Shown here piece after piece: positions 17,736-26,723 of a DNA stretch of 64,000 nt. Both the position numbers and the translations under genes were made by a program. Every line of letters begins with the position of its first letter. The stretch's first letter is position 1. Origin of the DNA: Escherichia phage vb_EcoM-VR5; sequence record NC_028881.1; one strand, given 5' to 3'. Below the pieces are notes generated by a model. That model made no database searches, was not told the origin of the DNA, and saw nothing but the letters and a program-made list of their open reading frames with translations.

Positions 17736-18182
17736 TCAACCTCGGTTCATAAAGGCATTAAAAATCTGGTCGTCAATTGAATAAACTGGAGCTTCAAGAA
17801 TTTTCAAAAGACTGTTTTTGATGTACTTGCTAGGGATACCCATATTAACGACATCATTATTCAATTTATTGTCTGGATTGATGTCTTTAAATTCAAACCC
17901 TTCAAACTCAACCTTGTCAGGAATACCATCAGCGAAAAAATAAACCAATTGATGCATTGTATTGCATGAAAATAATTTAGACCTCACTGCAATAAGTTCT
18001 TGCCAGTGGTTTAATTCTCTATTAAGAAGTTTATGAGCAAATACAATCCTATCATCGCTATCAACAATAAAATAGCCTAGGTATTGATGGTCGTCGCTCC
18101 AATACATCCTGTATGCCTGGGCATTTGGATTTTTACAACGAAGCTTTTTAATAATCAAAGTTCTGTTAATCATTTTATTCAC
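17736..18182 (-). CDS. hypothetical protein (148 aa)
   Basis: ORF. Confidence 0.6.
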   Translation of the reverse strand: MNKMINRTLIIKKLRCKNPNAQAYRMYWSDDHQYLGYFIVDSDDRIVFAHKLLNRELNHWQELIAVRSKLFSCNTMHQLVYFFADGIPDKVEFEGFEFKDINPDNKLNNDVVNMGIPSKYIKNSLLKILEAPVYSIDDQIFNAFMNRG

Positions 18183-18468
18183 CTGTCACCTCTTTAACAA
18201 TATTTTTGTTATCGAAATTGGCATCGCAGTACAGAACATAGTTATACTGCATAACACCACCGGATGCCAATTGGTCGGATACTTCTTTAACCATATCAGG
18301 ACGGTCGCGTTTAGTGATATTCATGATATCAGCGTAAATCTGATGTTCAACTGATTCTTGGTCTGCAGTCATTGACCATTCACAAAGGTCTTTATCCATT
18401 CCAGCCGTAACTGGAGCCGTACCACATGATGCTACTGTAAGGATTGCTGCGATTAATAACTTTTTCAT
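18175..18468 (-). CDS. sp: periplasmic protein, Spackle-like
   Basis: 97-aa ORF with signal peptide/lipobox ASCG; size and position between 61 and 41 as T4 sp. Confidence 0.5.
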   Translation of the reverse strand: MKKLLIAAILTVASCGTAPVTAGMDKDLCEWSMTADQESVEHQIYADIMNITKRDRPDMVKEVSDQLASGGVMQYNYVLYCDANFDNKNIVKEVTGE

Positions 18469-18484
18469 TTTTAACTCCTCATGT

Positions 18485-18526
18485 TTTGATAGGTCTATAG
18501 TATCTCAACCATAGACCGTTGTAAAC
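18485..18526 (-). promoter_or_regulatory. early promoter family member
   Basis: GTTTAC...GATACTATAGACCTATCAAAAC. Confidence 0.55.
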
Positions 18527-18527
18527 C

Positions 18528-18767
18528 TTATTTTAAAGAATCTTCCAAATAAATTTTACGGAATTTACGTTTTGTCTGACGAATCTGACGCTTAGTAGGC
18601 TTCACAGGAAATTCGAAGAACTCCACGTATTCTTGTTCATAATCACCATTGCTGACTGAAAGAACCAGTTCCCAGTTGTTTACGGTACGTTGGATAAATT
18701 CCTGGTGCTTACCGAAAGATTTATTCCAAAAAGAACTAGGAGTCGGTTTCATTAATACAATATTCAT
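18528..18767 (-). CDS. hypothetical protein (79 aa)
   Basis: ORF. Confidence 0.5.
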   Translation of the reverse strand: MNIVLMKPTPSSFWNKSFGKHQEFIQRTVNNWELVLSVSNGDYEQEYVEFFEFPVKPTKRQIRQTKRKFRKIYLEDSLK

Positions 18768-18768
18768 T

Positions 18769-18888
18769 TTATTCCTCGTCTTCGTATTCGCTGTCGCAGT
18801 CTAAACAGGTTGCGTTGTCCCAAGCATCAAATACTGCCTGTTCTTCACATACAGAACAACCACATACTACACATTCAAACTCTTCCAT
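18769..18888 (-). CDS. small Cys-rich protein (39 aa)
   Basis: hand-translated MEEFECVVCGCSVCEEQ...CLDCDSEYEDEE; RBS GAGGAAA. Confidence 0.4.
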   Translation of the reverse strand: MEEFECVVCGCSVCEEQAVFDAWDNATCLDCDSEYEDEE

Positions 18889-19092
18889 TTAGATTTCCTC
18901 AATGCGGGCATCATATTCAAAAACTTTATTGTCATTAACAAAGGCTTTCACCAGCGCATTATTCACTTCTGCATACTGCACTGTAACCCATTCAATCATA
19001 TTTTTGTCACTAACATCCAGCGCAGTTTCTTTGGTAAACATATTACCATTTTCAAACCAACCAATAAACACTACGTTCTCTAATTTATACAT
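18889..19092 (-). CDS. hypothetical protein (67 aa; in the position of T4 dmd/61.x)
   Basis: ORF immediately upstream-region of gene 41 cluster. Confidence 0.5.
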   Translation of the reverse strand: MYKLENVVFIGWFENGNMFTKETALDVSDKNMIEWVTVQYAEVNNALVKAFVNDNKVFEYDARIEEI

Positions 19093-19410
19093 TTAGATTT
19101 CCTCACAGAAGGCCCATTCAGCGTGGTAAACCGTAGCGCCTTTAGTATCATTTAAACAAACCACATCTACCGGAGCAATTACACGATAAAGACGAGGTTC
19201 TCCTCCCACTGAACGAGCAGCTCGTCCAGCATAAATCTTAGCCAAACCAATATCTTCAGTAAAGAACACACGATTCAGGTTTTTCTTACGACCAGTTTCA
19301 GACAGAACTCCTGTTTCCTCAGGAGGACAAAGCACATTACCAATATTAGCAACACTACAACTTCCGTGATAATACACTTTATATTCTGCTTTACAGTCGA
19401 TGGTTTTCAT
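19093..19410 (-). CDS. hypothetical protein (105 aa; ATG start)
   Basis: ORF; RBS GGAGAA; promoter motif upstream. Confidence 0.55.
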   Translation of the reverse strand: MKTIDCKAEYKVYYHGSCSVANIGNVLCPPEETGVLSETGRKKNLNRVFFTEDIGLAKIYAGRAARSVGGEPRLYRVIAPVDVVCLNDTKGATVYHAEWAFCEEI

Positions 19411-19422
19411 TTTGTTCTCCAA

Positions 19423-19463
19423 GTTGATAGGTCTATAGTATCATGCTTACAGGAGAAGTAAAC
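19423..19463 (-). promoter_or_regulatory. early promoter family member
   Basis: GTTTAC...TGATACTATAGACCTATCAAC. Confidence 0.55.
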
Positions 19464-19466
19464 CCT

Positions 19467-19494
19467 TAAAACAAAAAAGGAGCCGAAGCTCCTT
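19467..19494 (-). terminator. rho-independent terminator downstream of gene 41
   Basis: aaggagc-ttcg-gctcctt + TTTTTTGTTTT. Confidence 0.6.
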
Positions 19495-20923
19495 AAAATT
19501 TGATAGATGCTGCTAAATCGTCCAAATCACTTCTATTAACACGCGTCTGCCGATTGACCTCGGCTTGGCGATTCATTTCACCTGTAGCCTCACGAACGGT
19601 GTTCACTGGACCTGGATTGCTATCGTCTTCAACTTCATACCAACGTTGGTTACCTTTCTTAACACCAATCTTAAATTTGTTGTAGTAGCTCTTATCGCCA
19701 TAACGAGATTTAAGCTGTTTGACCATCTGCATACCCATCTGAGCAAACTCTTCTGTCTCGACTACGCCTAACATAAAGTCAGCAGTATGAGCAATACCAA
19801 AGGATTCAGCAATATCAGCCATATCAATTTCGGCTGCAACGTTAGCACCGCGAGTAGTCTGGGCTGCAGTCCACAACAATAATTTCTTCTCTACTGCAAG
19901 GCCACGTAGTTCTTCTGCAACCATCTTAATTAAACCATAACTGTTTTCAGAGAAAACTTTCGTACGGGATGAAGCACAGATAGCCAAGTAGTCAACGATA
20001 ACGACCTGCGGAACAAAGTTTTGTTTCAGTTTGTATTCGTTTAATAATGCACGGAATGTATCAGCATTCGCGCCGCCAGTAGGATACTGTTTAATCTTTA
20101 AACGACCTAAAGTAGCAGTTGAACGCCACTTATCCATCTTAGCTTTATATTCAGGCCATGAGACATGTCCATCATCAATATCATCCAGTGATACATCTAG
20201 AAGGTTGGCATCGATACGCTTAGCACATACTTCCTCAGCCATCTCCATGGAGATATAAAGAACATCGTAACCGGATTGAAGGTAATCAGCAGCCAATGAA
20301 CATAGCCCAAGAGACTTACCTACGTTTGTTCCTGCCAACAATACGTTTTCAGTACCAAACTCTGCTCCACCCTTAGTAATCTTATTCAGAATATTAAGTC
20401 GGAATGGAATTTTACGGGCTTTGTCTGAATAACTTTTAAAACGTTCTTCATAGTCATCCATCCAATCATGGCCCAACTCTGAATCGAAACAAATCGATAA
20501 TGCATCACGCATGATATCTGGGATAGCACCAATACCTGGGAGTTTTCTATTTTGTTGCTCAACCGGAAGGTCGGCATTAGTTTGGATTTCAATGATTTTT
20601 GAAGTAGCATTATACATCGCTGCCTTCTGAACATATTTCTCTGTCTCTTTAACCAACCATTCTTGGTCTTCAGGGCCAGCGTTCAGTGAACTTAAAAGCT
20701 CTTTAGCTCCTTGGTGTTCAACTTCAGAAATTGTACTGTTATCTAATGCAATACCTAAGGCATTCTTAGAAGGCACTGCATTATATTCGGTAACATGTTT
20801 TTTGATTTCTTTGAAAAGGGTCTTTGCAGGACCCTGGTCAAAATAAGAATCATTCATATAAGGCCAGACCTTAGTGAAATAATCACTATTGCCTAGCAGT
20901 TGAGCCAAAATAGTTTCTACCAC
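19493..20923 (-). CDS. 41: replicative DNA helicase (gp41, DnaB-like); GTG start
   Basis: DnaB-family Walker motifs; N-terminus MVETIL aligns with recalled T4 MVEIIL when third GTG is used; SD AAGAGG 8 nt upstream. Confidence 0.88.
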   Translation of the reverse strand: MVETILAQLLGNSDYFTKVWPYMNDSYFDQGPAKTLFKEIKKHVTEYNAVPSKNALGIALDNSTISEVEHQGAKELLSSLNAGPEDQEWLVKETEKYVQKAAMYNATSKIIEIQTNADLPVEQQNRKLPGIGAIPDIMRDALSICFDSELGHDWMDDYEERFKSYSDKARKIPFRLNILNKITKGGAEFGTENVLLAGTNVGKSLGLCSLAADYLQSGYDVLYISMEMAEEVCAKRIDANLLDVSLDDIDDGHVSWPEYKAKMDKWRSTATLGRLKIKQYPTGGANADTFRALLNEYKLKQNFVPQVVIVDYLAICASSRTKVFSENSYGLIKMVAEELRGLAVEKKLLLWTAAQTTRGANVAAEIDMADIAESFGIAHTADFMLGVVETEEFAQMGMQMVKQLKSRYGDKSYYNKFKIGVKKGNQRWYEVEDDSNPGPVNTVREATGEMNRQAEVNRQTRVNRSDLDDLAASIKF

Positions 20924-21246
20924 TTCCACCACCTCTTAGATTTAATTTTATCCAGTTCTTCTTGTATTTGCATTGTAACACATTTTTCTACATGAAGCGC
21001 TAGCTCTTCTTTTCGGTCTTCGGAAGGTGTTCCGAAATCAACCGACACTTTTCCATCTTTCTCAATAACAATATTCATCACATAAACGATGTGAGCAGTG
21101 CCATCGGGTAAAGTAAGCATAATTTCCTGCTTAACAGAACCCATTGACTTACGGATTATATCTAATGATTTCTCATAATACAGAGGGTCATAGTGACCCT
21201 CTTCAGTATCTTTAACAAAATTATCTAAATCAGATAAATCAGTCAT
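20917..21246 (-). CDS. hypothetical protein in the position of T4 gene 40
   Basis: 109-aa ORF between uvsX and 41. Confidence 0.55.
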   Translation of the reverse strand: MTDLSDLDNFVKDTEEGHYDPLYYEKSLDIIRKSMGSVKQEIMLTLPDGTAHIVYVMNIVIEKDGKVSVDFGTPSEDRKEELALHVEKCVTMQIQEELDKIKSKRWWKW

Positions 21247-22411
21247 TTAAATCCATCTCTTCTAAATCGTTTTCGATATCAGCAGCGCTTTGAGCGTCCC
21301 CACTCAATTTAACTGCAACGTTCTTAGAGACTCGAGAGTTAATAAGGTCGTTCACCGCATCGTCAACTTCTTTAATAGAATTAATTGCACCAAGCTTATA
21401 CTTATTCTCGATTGCTGCACGGAACGGAGCATGTTTAAACAGTGGTCCCCAGAACTCGACACAATCAGTAGCTTTAGCGCGCCATGATTTTTCTTCTTGA
21501 ACCATTTCACCTGTGGTTTCGTCAAGAAATGCACGATTATACCAGCCAGCTTTAGGTTTGACGACAAAACCAATTTCAGTGGCCATTTCAAGCAGACCAC
21601 TAAACGGATCGATACCACCTTCAAAGTTCACGGTAATTGGGAACGTTGATTTCTCTTTAACCGTACGAGATTTCTCTGCTTTCAAGGTGAAGTCATAACC
21701 GGTGAGCTCAGTACCATCTTTAACCTGGCGTTTAGAAATAAAGAACACGGTAGAAGCAGAATACAGAATACCAGTACCACCACCCATAATCTCTTTAGGA
21801 TACATTCCACCAATTTCCATAGCCGTGTGGTTAATTGCTACGCAAGGGATATCCTTGATGGTCAGATATGGGGTAACGATACGGAACAAAGATTTCAGAG
21901 ACTTAGCACGAGTCATATCACCTACAACTTTCTCGTTCAAAGCATCTTCGGTTTCTTTCTTAGAAGCTGTGTTACCAATGGAGTCGATAAATATAATAAC
22001 CTTTTCGCCACGGGTAATTTCTTCTAATTGGTTAGTCATGTCAACCTTCAGTTGTTCGACTGACTGGATTGGTGTGTGGACCACACGTTCCAGGTCAACA
22101 CCCATTGAACGGAAATAAGATTCTGAAGCACCAAACTCAGAGTCATAGAACAAACAAATTGCGTCTGGATATTTCTTCATATACGCCGCGACCATAGTTA
22201 ATCCAAACAGAGTTTTAAAGTGTTTAGATGGAGCAGCAAAGATTGTCAAACCTGATTGCAAGCCTGCATTCAACGCACCGCCTAATGCAATATTAAGCAT
22301 AGGAATACGAGTAGGAACTTCATCACGCCCATTAAACAATTTGGATTTGGTCAGGTCGGCGGTCATTTTAGAAGTAGAAGCTTTAATCAAACGGGATTTT
22401 AAATCAGACAT
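21239..22411 (-). CDS. uvsX: UvsX recombinase (RecA-like)
   Basis: 390-aa ORF; RecA fold; T4 UvsX is 391 aa. Confidence 0.9.
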   Translation of the reverse strand: MSDLKSRLIKASTSKMTADLTKSKLFNGRDEVPTRIPMLNIALGGALNAGLQSGLTIFAAPSKHFKTLFGLTMVAAYMKKYPDAICLFYDSEFGASESYFRSMGVDLERVVHTPIQSVEQLKVDMTNQLEEITRGEKVIIFIDSIGNTASKKETEDALNEKVVGDMTRAKSLKSLFRIVTPYLTIKDIPCVAINHTAMEIGGMYPKEIMGGGTGILYSASTVFFISKRQVKDGTELTGYDFTLKAEKSRTVKEKSTFPITVNFEGGIDPFSGLLEMATEIGFVVKPKAGWYNRAFLDETTGEMVQEEKSWRAKATDCVEFWGPLFKHAPFRAAIENKYKLGAINSIKEVDDAVNDLINSRVSKNVAVKLSGDAQSAADIENDLEEMDLND

Positions 22412-22454
22412 TATATTTTTCCATAGGCATCATTATATTTTACTCACGTTTTAA

Positions 22455-22480
22455 GATAGGGTAATTATATCACTTCACAA
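22455..22480 (-). promoter_or_regulatory. extended -10 promoter upstream of uvsX
   Basis: TGATATAAT followed by TACCCTATC. Confidence 0.4.
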
Positions 22481-22488
22481 TTACAGCA

Positions 22489-23382
22489 TTAAAGGACCAC
22501 GTCCTCATAACGTGGCATTTCGTACTCGGAATGAATATGGGCACCAAAATAAATGAATTCAGCCAAACCAGGATGGAATACTAAACCCGGGTTCTCATGA
22601 TAAATGATATGTGGTCTTGATTTCAGAATCTGGTAATATTCAACCTTACTCGGTTTGAATTTAATAATCTCTACATCAGGACGATAGTCTCCACGTTTAA
22701 ATGAATCGTTGGGGTCGGTGATATAGAGTCGAGCACCTTCAGCCGCAGCTCGGTCTACAACTCGTTCGAATTGATAGCATTTATCAGAGATACGAAATGG
22801 GTGAAAAATACCATCAATTTTAATAGGCGCTAGACCATCAGAGTAACGCTCAATTACTGCCGGATTAATTACCTTTTGGTCTACAAAAATCTTATCAGAG
22901 GATGCACCTCGTGACACCAGGACGTCTTTCTGGCATTGATTCAGGACTGTAGTATAAATCGAACGTTCGACTGAAGAAACATCAATATCAATAAACTCGT
23001 CGATATAATAACGAGGAACTTCAGGGTCCATTGTGATATTAAAGTTGAATTGTACAGTCTGGGCACCATCATAACCTGTGATATCAGTTACCAACCCTGA
23101 GCAGTCGTAGTATTCGATTAATGAATCGACTACGAACTCGTTTTCAGACCAGAAATGTTTACGGGTTTCATAAGCATTTTCTTTATACCAAAGTGGCACA
23201 AAATTCAGTTCAGGGAATAACTCGATGCACTGATTGATATCGCTCGAATTTCTAGGATAAGCCAGATAATCACCTGGCCGAGCACGGTTTAAATGGAGTT
23301 GAAAATTGCCGTCCTTAAGGACAGCATATTCACCCGTTTCGTAACTACGCATACTGAAAATAGGAACGATAAACAGACTCAT
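22489..23382 (-). CDS. unknown protein occupying the T4 beta-glucosyltransferase slot; candidate DNA-sugar transferase
   Basis: 297-aa ORF; no resemblance to recalled T4 beta-gt; ATGA-coupled to hydroxymethylase gene. Confidence 0.7.
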   Translation of the reverse strand: MSLFIVPIFSMRSYETGEYAVLKDGNFQLHLNRARPGDYLAYPRNSSDINQCIELFPELNFVPLWYKENAYETRKHFWSENEFVVDSLIEYYDCSGLVTDITGYDGAQTVQFNFNITMDPEVPRYYIDEFIDIDVSSVERSIYTTVLNQCQKDVLVSRGASSDKIFVDQKVINPAVIERYSDGLAPIKIDGIFHPFRISDKCYQFERVVDRAAAEGARLYITDPNDSFKRGDYRPDVEIIKFKPSKVEYYQILKSRPHIIYHENPGLVFHPGLAEFIYFGAHIHSEYEMPRYEDVVL

Positions 23383-24077
23383 TTCAGAAAACCTCGGACG
23401 TAGTCAAAATCACGTTCAAATACGTGTGCACTAACCATGGTGTGAGAATACGTACCCAAACCAACACCACACTGCTCTGCAATAAAGGCCATCAGTTTAC
23501 CCTGCAGATAGAAATCAAGCTGCATAACAACGGCACAGTTCTGTGAACGCATATGGGTATGTGCATACAAACGACCGTCACGAATGTAATACGTCACCGA
23601 ATCAGTACAAGGATATTCTAGGGATTCGTCAGAATCAAGGAGAGCTTGGTCTTGTTCTTGGAGAATCTGGAACACAACTCTTCGCGAGTTAGGCTTTTCT
23701 TTAAGCTCTTTAAGTAGGGCTGGGAGCTGGGCCACAATTCGAGGTCCATAGAAAGTGTTGAAGTTTGCAGGCAATACGTCACTTTTCGGCTTATCAATGA
23801 ACTTAGCAACATTAGGGTATTCCTTAAATGCTTCGGAGGCATCAGTACCACCGGAAATCATAAACTTCCAAAAGGATTCAGCGTATTCATAACTAATACG
23901 ATTGATGCGTGGGTCGGTGAACTTGAACGTGCTAGCATCAAGAACTTCTACTGAAGCCGAACCGACTTCATAACAACGGCCGATACGAGAATCTACTGCA
24001 AACTGCGGAGCTTCAAGGATTTCTTCGTTCATTTGTTTAAATGCATTTTCAAAACTAACAGCGGTAATGTGTTTCAT
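23379..24077 (-). CDS. 42: deoxycytidylate hydroxymethylase-like enzyme (thymidylate synthase fold)
   Basis: 232-aa ORF; PNSRR, PCTD nucleophile and Asp 31 residues after Cys align with T4 gp42 NPDSRR, MCTNT, D179; overall divergent. Confidence 0.7.
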   Translation of the reverse strand: MKHITAVSFENAFKQMNEEILEAPQFAVDSRIGRCYEVGSASVEVLDASTFKFTDPRINRISYEYAESFWKFMISGGTDASEAFKEYPNVAKFIDKPKSDVLPANFNTFYGPRIVAQLPALLKELKEKPNSRRVVFQILQEQDQALLDSDESLEYPCTDSVTYYIRDGRLYAHTHMRSQNCAVVMQLDFYLQGKLMAFIAEQCGVGLGTYSHTMVSAHVFERDFDYVRGFLK

Positions 24078-24610
24078 TTATTCACCTTATTTTCAATATA
24101 TTCATTCAGACGTTTTAATTCTACCATATCAACATTAAGCAAATTATTATGGCCGTCATGATTTAAGATTTTAAACACGTTTTCAAAACATGTTTCGTAT
24201 TGTCTGACAGTTAGGTTGAACTCATCTTTAGTTAATTTAATAAGGTCGTCTTCGAAGTCTTCGTCTAACGGATTACGAGTTAAAATAACCTCGATAATGT
24301 TAAATTCAGATTTGAACCCTTTCCAATCTTCCAGTTCTACATAAGGGTCCATTTCACCACGAAGGAATCCCGAGTAAACAATATTACTAGGATACCCACG
24401 GTCTAAGATATAGACAAAATTTGGGTCTAAAAACTTATACAGAGTTTCAACTAGAGCCTTATCATTATCAGTTCCTAATGAAATACATTTGCCATTAATC
24501 TTTTTAGGAAAATCAATAAGGCGGTATTTCTTATCGGATAACAGATTTTTAATTAAAGTAGACTTCCCGGAATTATCCGGGCCGTCTATAACAATGATTT
24601 TTGGATTCAT
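24074..24610 (-). CDS. P-loop nucleotide kinase, thymidylate-kinase-like
   Basis: 178-aa ORF; Walker A IVIDGPDNSGKST; DRGY-type motif YILDRGYPSNIVYSG. Confidence 0.7.
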   Translation of the reverse strand: MNPKIIVIDGPDNSGKSTLIKNLLSDKKYRLIDFPKKINGKCISLGTDNDKALVETLYKFLDPNFVYILDRGYPSNIVYSGFLRGEMDPYVELEDWKGFKSEFNIIEVILTRNPLDEDFEDDLIKLTKDEFNLTVRQYETCFENVFKILNHDGHNNLLNVDMVELKRLNEYIENKVNK

Positions 24611-24990
24611 GGATGATAGGCCTTATAACTATCAAGAGTTCCTTCACGAACCATTTCTTTAAAGTGGTCGGGCCGGATTGCTCGGTCATCGATGATAAAA
24701 GTATAACTCGGCTTGTGTGTAAGCAAATTGTGATATTTCAATCCAATTTTTTCAAGGTTCTTAACCAATGCCGGAACTACTTCAACCAATATTCGGCCAG
24801 GGCCACATGAAGTCATACCACGGGCGGTGAACAATGTAATCTCACACCCTTCATCATAAAGCTTGTTAATCATGGACACCATTTCAGTGTCCGGTTTAAA
24901 GTTTTCATAATCACGGTCATGATTCCAAATCGTGATTGTGTTATCGATATCAAAACATAAATGCGGCTTATTTTCTACTCGATGCGACAT
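24607..24990 (-). CDS. HAD-superfamily phosphatase
   Basis: motif I CFDIDNTIT, motif II TLFTAR, motif IV FIIDDRA; start set at ATG overlapping upstream stop (TAATG). Confidence 0.65.
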   Translation of the reverse strand: MSHRVENKPHLCFDIDNTITIWNHDRDYENFKPDTEMVSMINKLYDEGCEITLFTARGMTSCGPGRILVEVVPALVKNLEKIGLKYHNLLTHKPSYTFIIDDRAIRPDHFKEMVREGTLDSYKAYHP

Positions 24991-26663
24991 TAAATTTTCT
25001 TCCATTGTTTGTGGAGTTCAGTAGAACCTGTAGGTTTATATTTTACACCAGTTTCCTGGTCAAGCAAAACCCACTTATCAGGACAACGAGTAATAATTTG
25101 TGCCGTAATAGGGTCACGAACTTCATCAACGAATTCACCTGTAATAAGCTTACGCTTACGAGGGTGCCGCTTCAGCAGCACACTCAGTTGGTACAAACCG
25201 TTGTAATATGCGCCAAGAGCTTTCAGAGGATTATTCTTAAAGTAACCTGCTAGCGCCATCCAAATAACAGCAATCCAGAGCTTGTGCTTAAATGTACACA
25301 TCGGAATATCGTCTAAAGGCATGACCTTTTCAATATCAACGAATACACGAGTTCCATTACGGGTTAAGCCACCCCATAGAGGGTCTGAGTTAAATTTATC
25401 ATAGCCATCGATAGAATAAAGCACCTTAGCTTCGTCATAAATCGCGGGGCCTTTAGAACTATTACCGAAATAACCACGTGGGTCGATGATTTTAATATCA
25501 CCTTCGTCCGACAGCATAATATTACTGTAGTGCGGGTCGCCATGAATAAGTTGATACGGTTCTTTATGTTCAGACAGAATTTCTAGTGCATGACGAAGAA
25601 GTTTTTCAGGGTCTCCTACCTTGAAGTCGTTAACATGGGTGATGCCCTGTGGAGAAAAGCCTTCAATCAATCCAGCAATAGAAGCATTACGAATCAGGAC
25701 CTTGTCCAATACTTCTTTCTTAACATCAGAATACCATTGCTCATCAGATGGGTTATCGATAGTTCCACCAAATGAACGTAATGCACTAATGACCTTATAA
25801 ACCATGAGCACTTTAGTTTCTTTAGACATAAACCGGTAGGCATCTGCCATGGTGCGACCAAAGATACGTTCCATTTTAATGAATTCACCTGGCGCAAAGT
25901 CTACAATGCTCGGAACGAATTCAGAATCAATAGAATTATACCAATTGATTTCTTTAGATTGAATTTCTTTACCTAATTCGTTGGTTGGTACTTTAATAGC
26001 CAGATTCTCAGTGAATTCTAATTTATTAAATTCACGATTAATTTCAGAATCTTCATGGGCCTTGGCCAGCTTCAGTTTATCACCAACATCAACTACAAAG
26101 TCCAGCTTACGTTCAGACAAATAAACCATTGAATCCAGGTTATCCGCAAGGTCTTCACCATAATTAGAACGGTCGAATCCTGTCCAATTCGCCACCTGAT
26201 ACAAACCAACTACACCGCCACCTGTACCAATTTCACGTAAGTACGGTTCTTCAAATGTAAACCGACAATCGGTCCCATAGGTATAACAGTAGTCGTTATC
26301 CCACTCAACTTTATGGCCTTCAGGAATTATGTCACACCAGTTAAATAGAACGTTATGCCCAATAATATCTTCAGCAATGCAATCGATAGCATGGGCCGAA
26401 CCGTTAGCAACATCCACATTACGAATAGTGAACTTGGGCTTATCGCCTGTAATCATATTAATCGATTTAATATAGCCTTTAACGAGGTCGTTAAATTTAC
26501 TGTGAATAACCAGAATAATTTCATCTGATTGGTTACTATACAAATCATACAAATGCTTTAATACCGTATGTTGTTTATAGTTAACCAATACCTTAGGGAT
26601 TTCATTAGTAATTGGATACAACCGTGAGCCAAGACCTGCGCCTAAAATAACAACCTTTTTCAT
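24990..26663 (-). CDS. bifunctional sugar-phosphate nucleotidyltransferase / APH-ChoK-like kinase
   Basis: N-terminal GAGLGSRLYPIT (NTP-transferase signature); C-terminal HGDPHYSNIML and IIDPRG (Brenner-type kinase motifs); RBS GAGGAA before ATG 26663. Confidence 0.75.
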   Translation of the reverse strand: MKKVVILGAGLGSRLYPITNEIPKVLVNYKQHTVLKHLYDLYSNQSDEIILVIHSKFNDLVKGYIKSINMITGDKPKFTIRNVDVANGSAHAIDCIAEDIIGHNVLFNWCDIIPEGHKVEWDNDYCYTYGTDCRFTFEEPYLREIGTGGGVVGLYQVANWTGFDRSNYGEDLADNLDSMVYLSERKLDFVVDVGDKLKLAKAHEDSEINREFNKLEFTENLAIKVPTNELGKEIQSKEINWYNSIDSEFVPSIVDFAPGEFIKMERIFGRTMADAYRFMSKETKVLMVYKVISALRSFGGTIDNPSDEQWYSDVKKEVLDKVLIRNASIAGLIEGFSPQGITHVNDFKVGDPEKLLRHALEILSEHKEPYQLIHGDPHYSNIMLSDEGDIKIIDPRGYFGNSSKGPAIYDEAKVLYSIDGYDKFNSDPLWGGLTRNGTRVFVDIEKVMPLDDIPMCTFKHKLWIAVIWMALAGYFKNNPLKALGAYYNGLYQLSVLLKRHPRKRKLITGEFVDEVRDPITAQIITRCPDKWVLLDQETGVKYKPTGSTELHKQWKKI

Positions 26664-26723
26664 TATCTGTTCCTCAAGTGAATGTAGGTACATTATACAC
26701 TATTTTTAATAAATTTCTATTGC

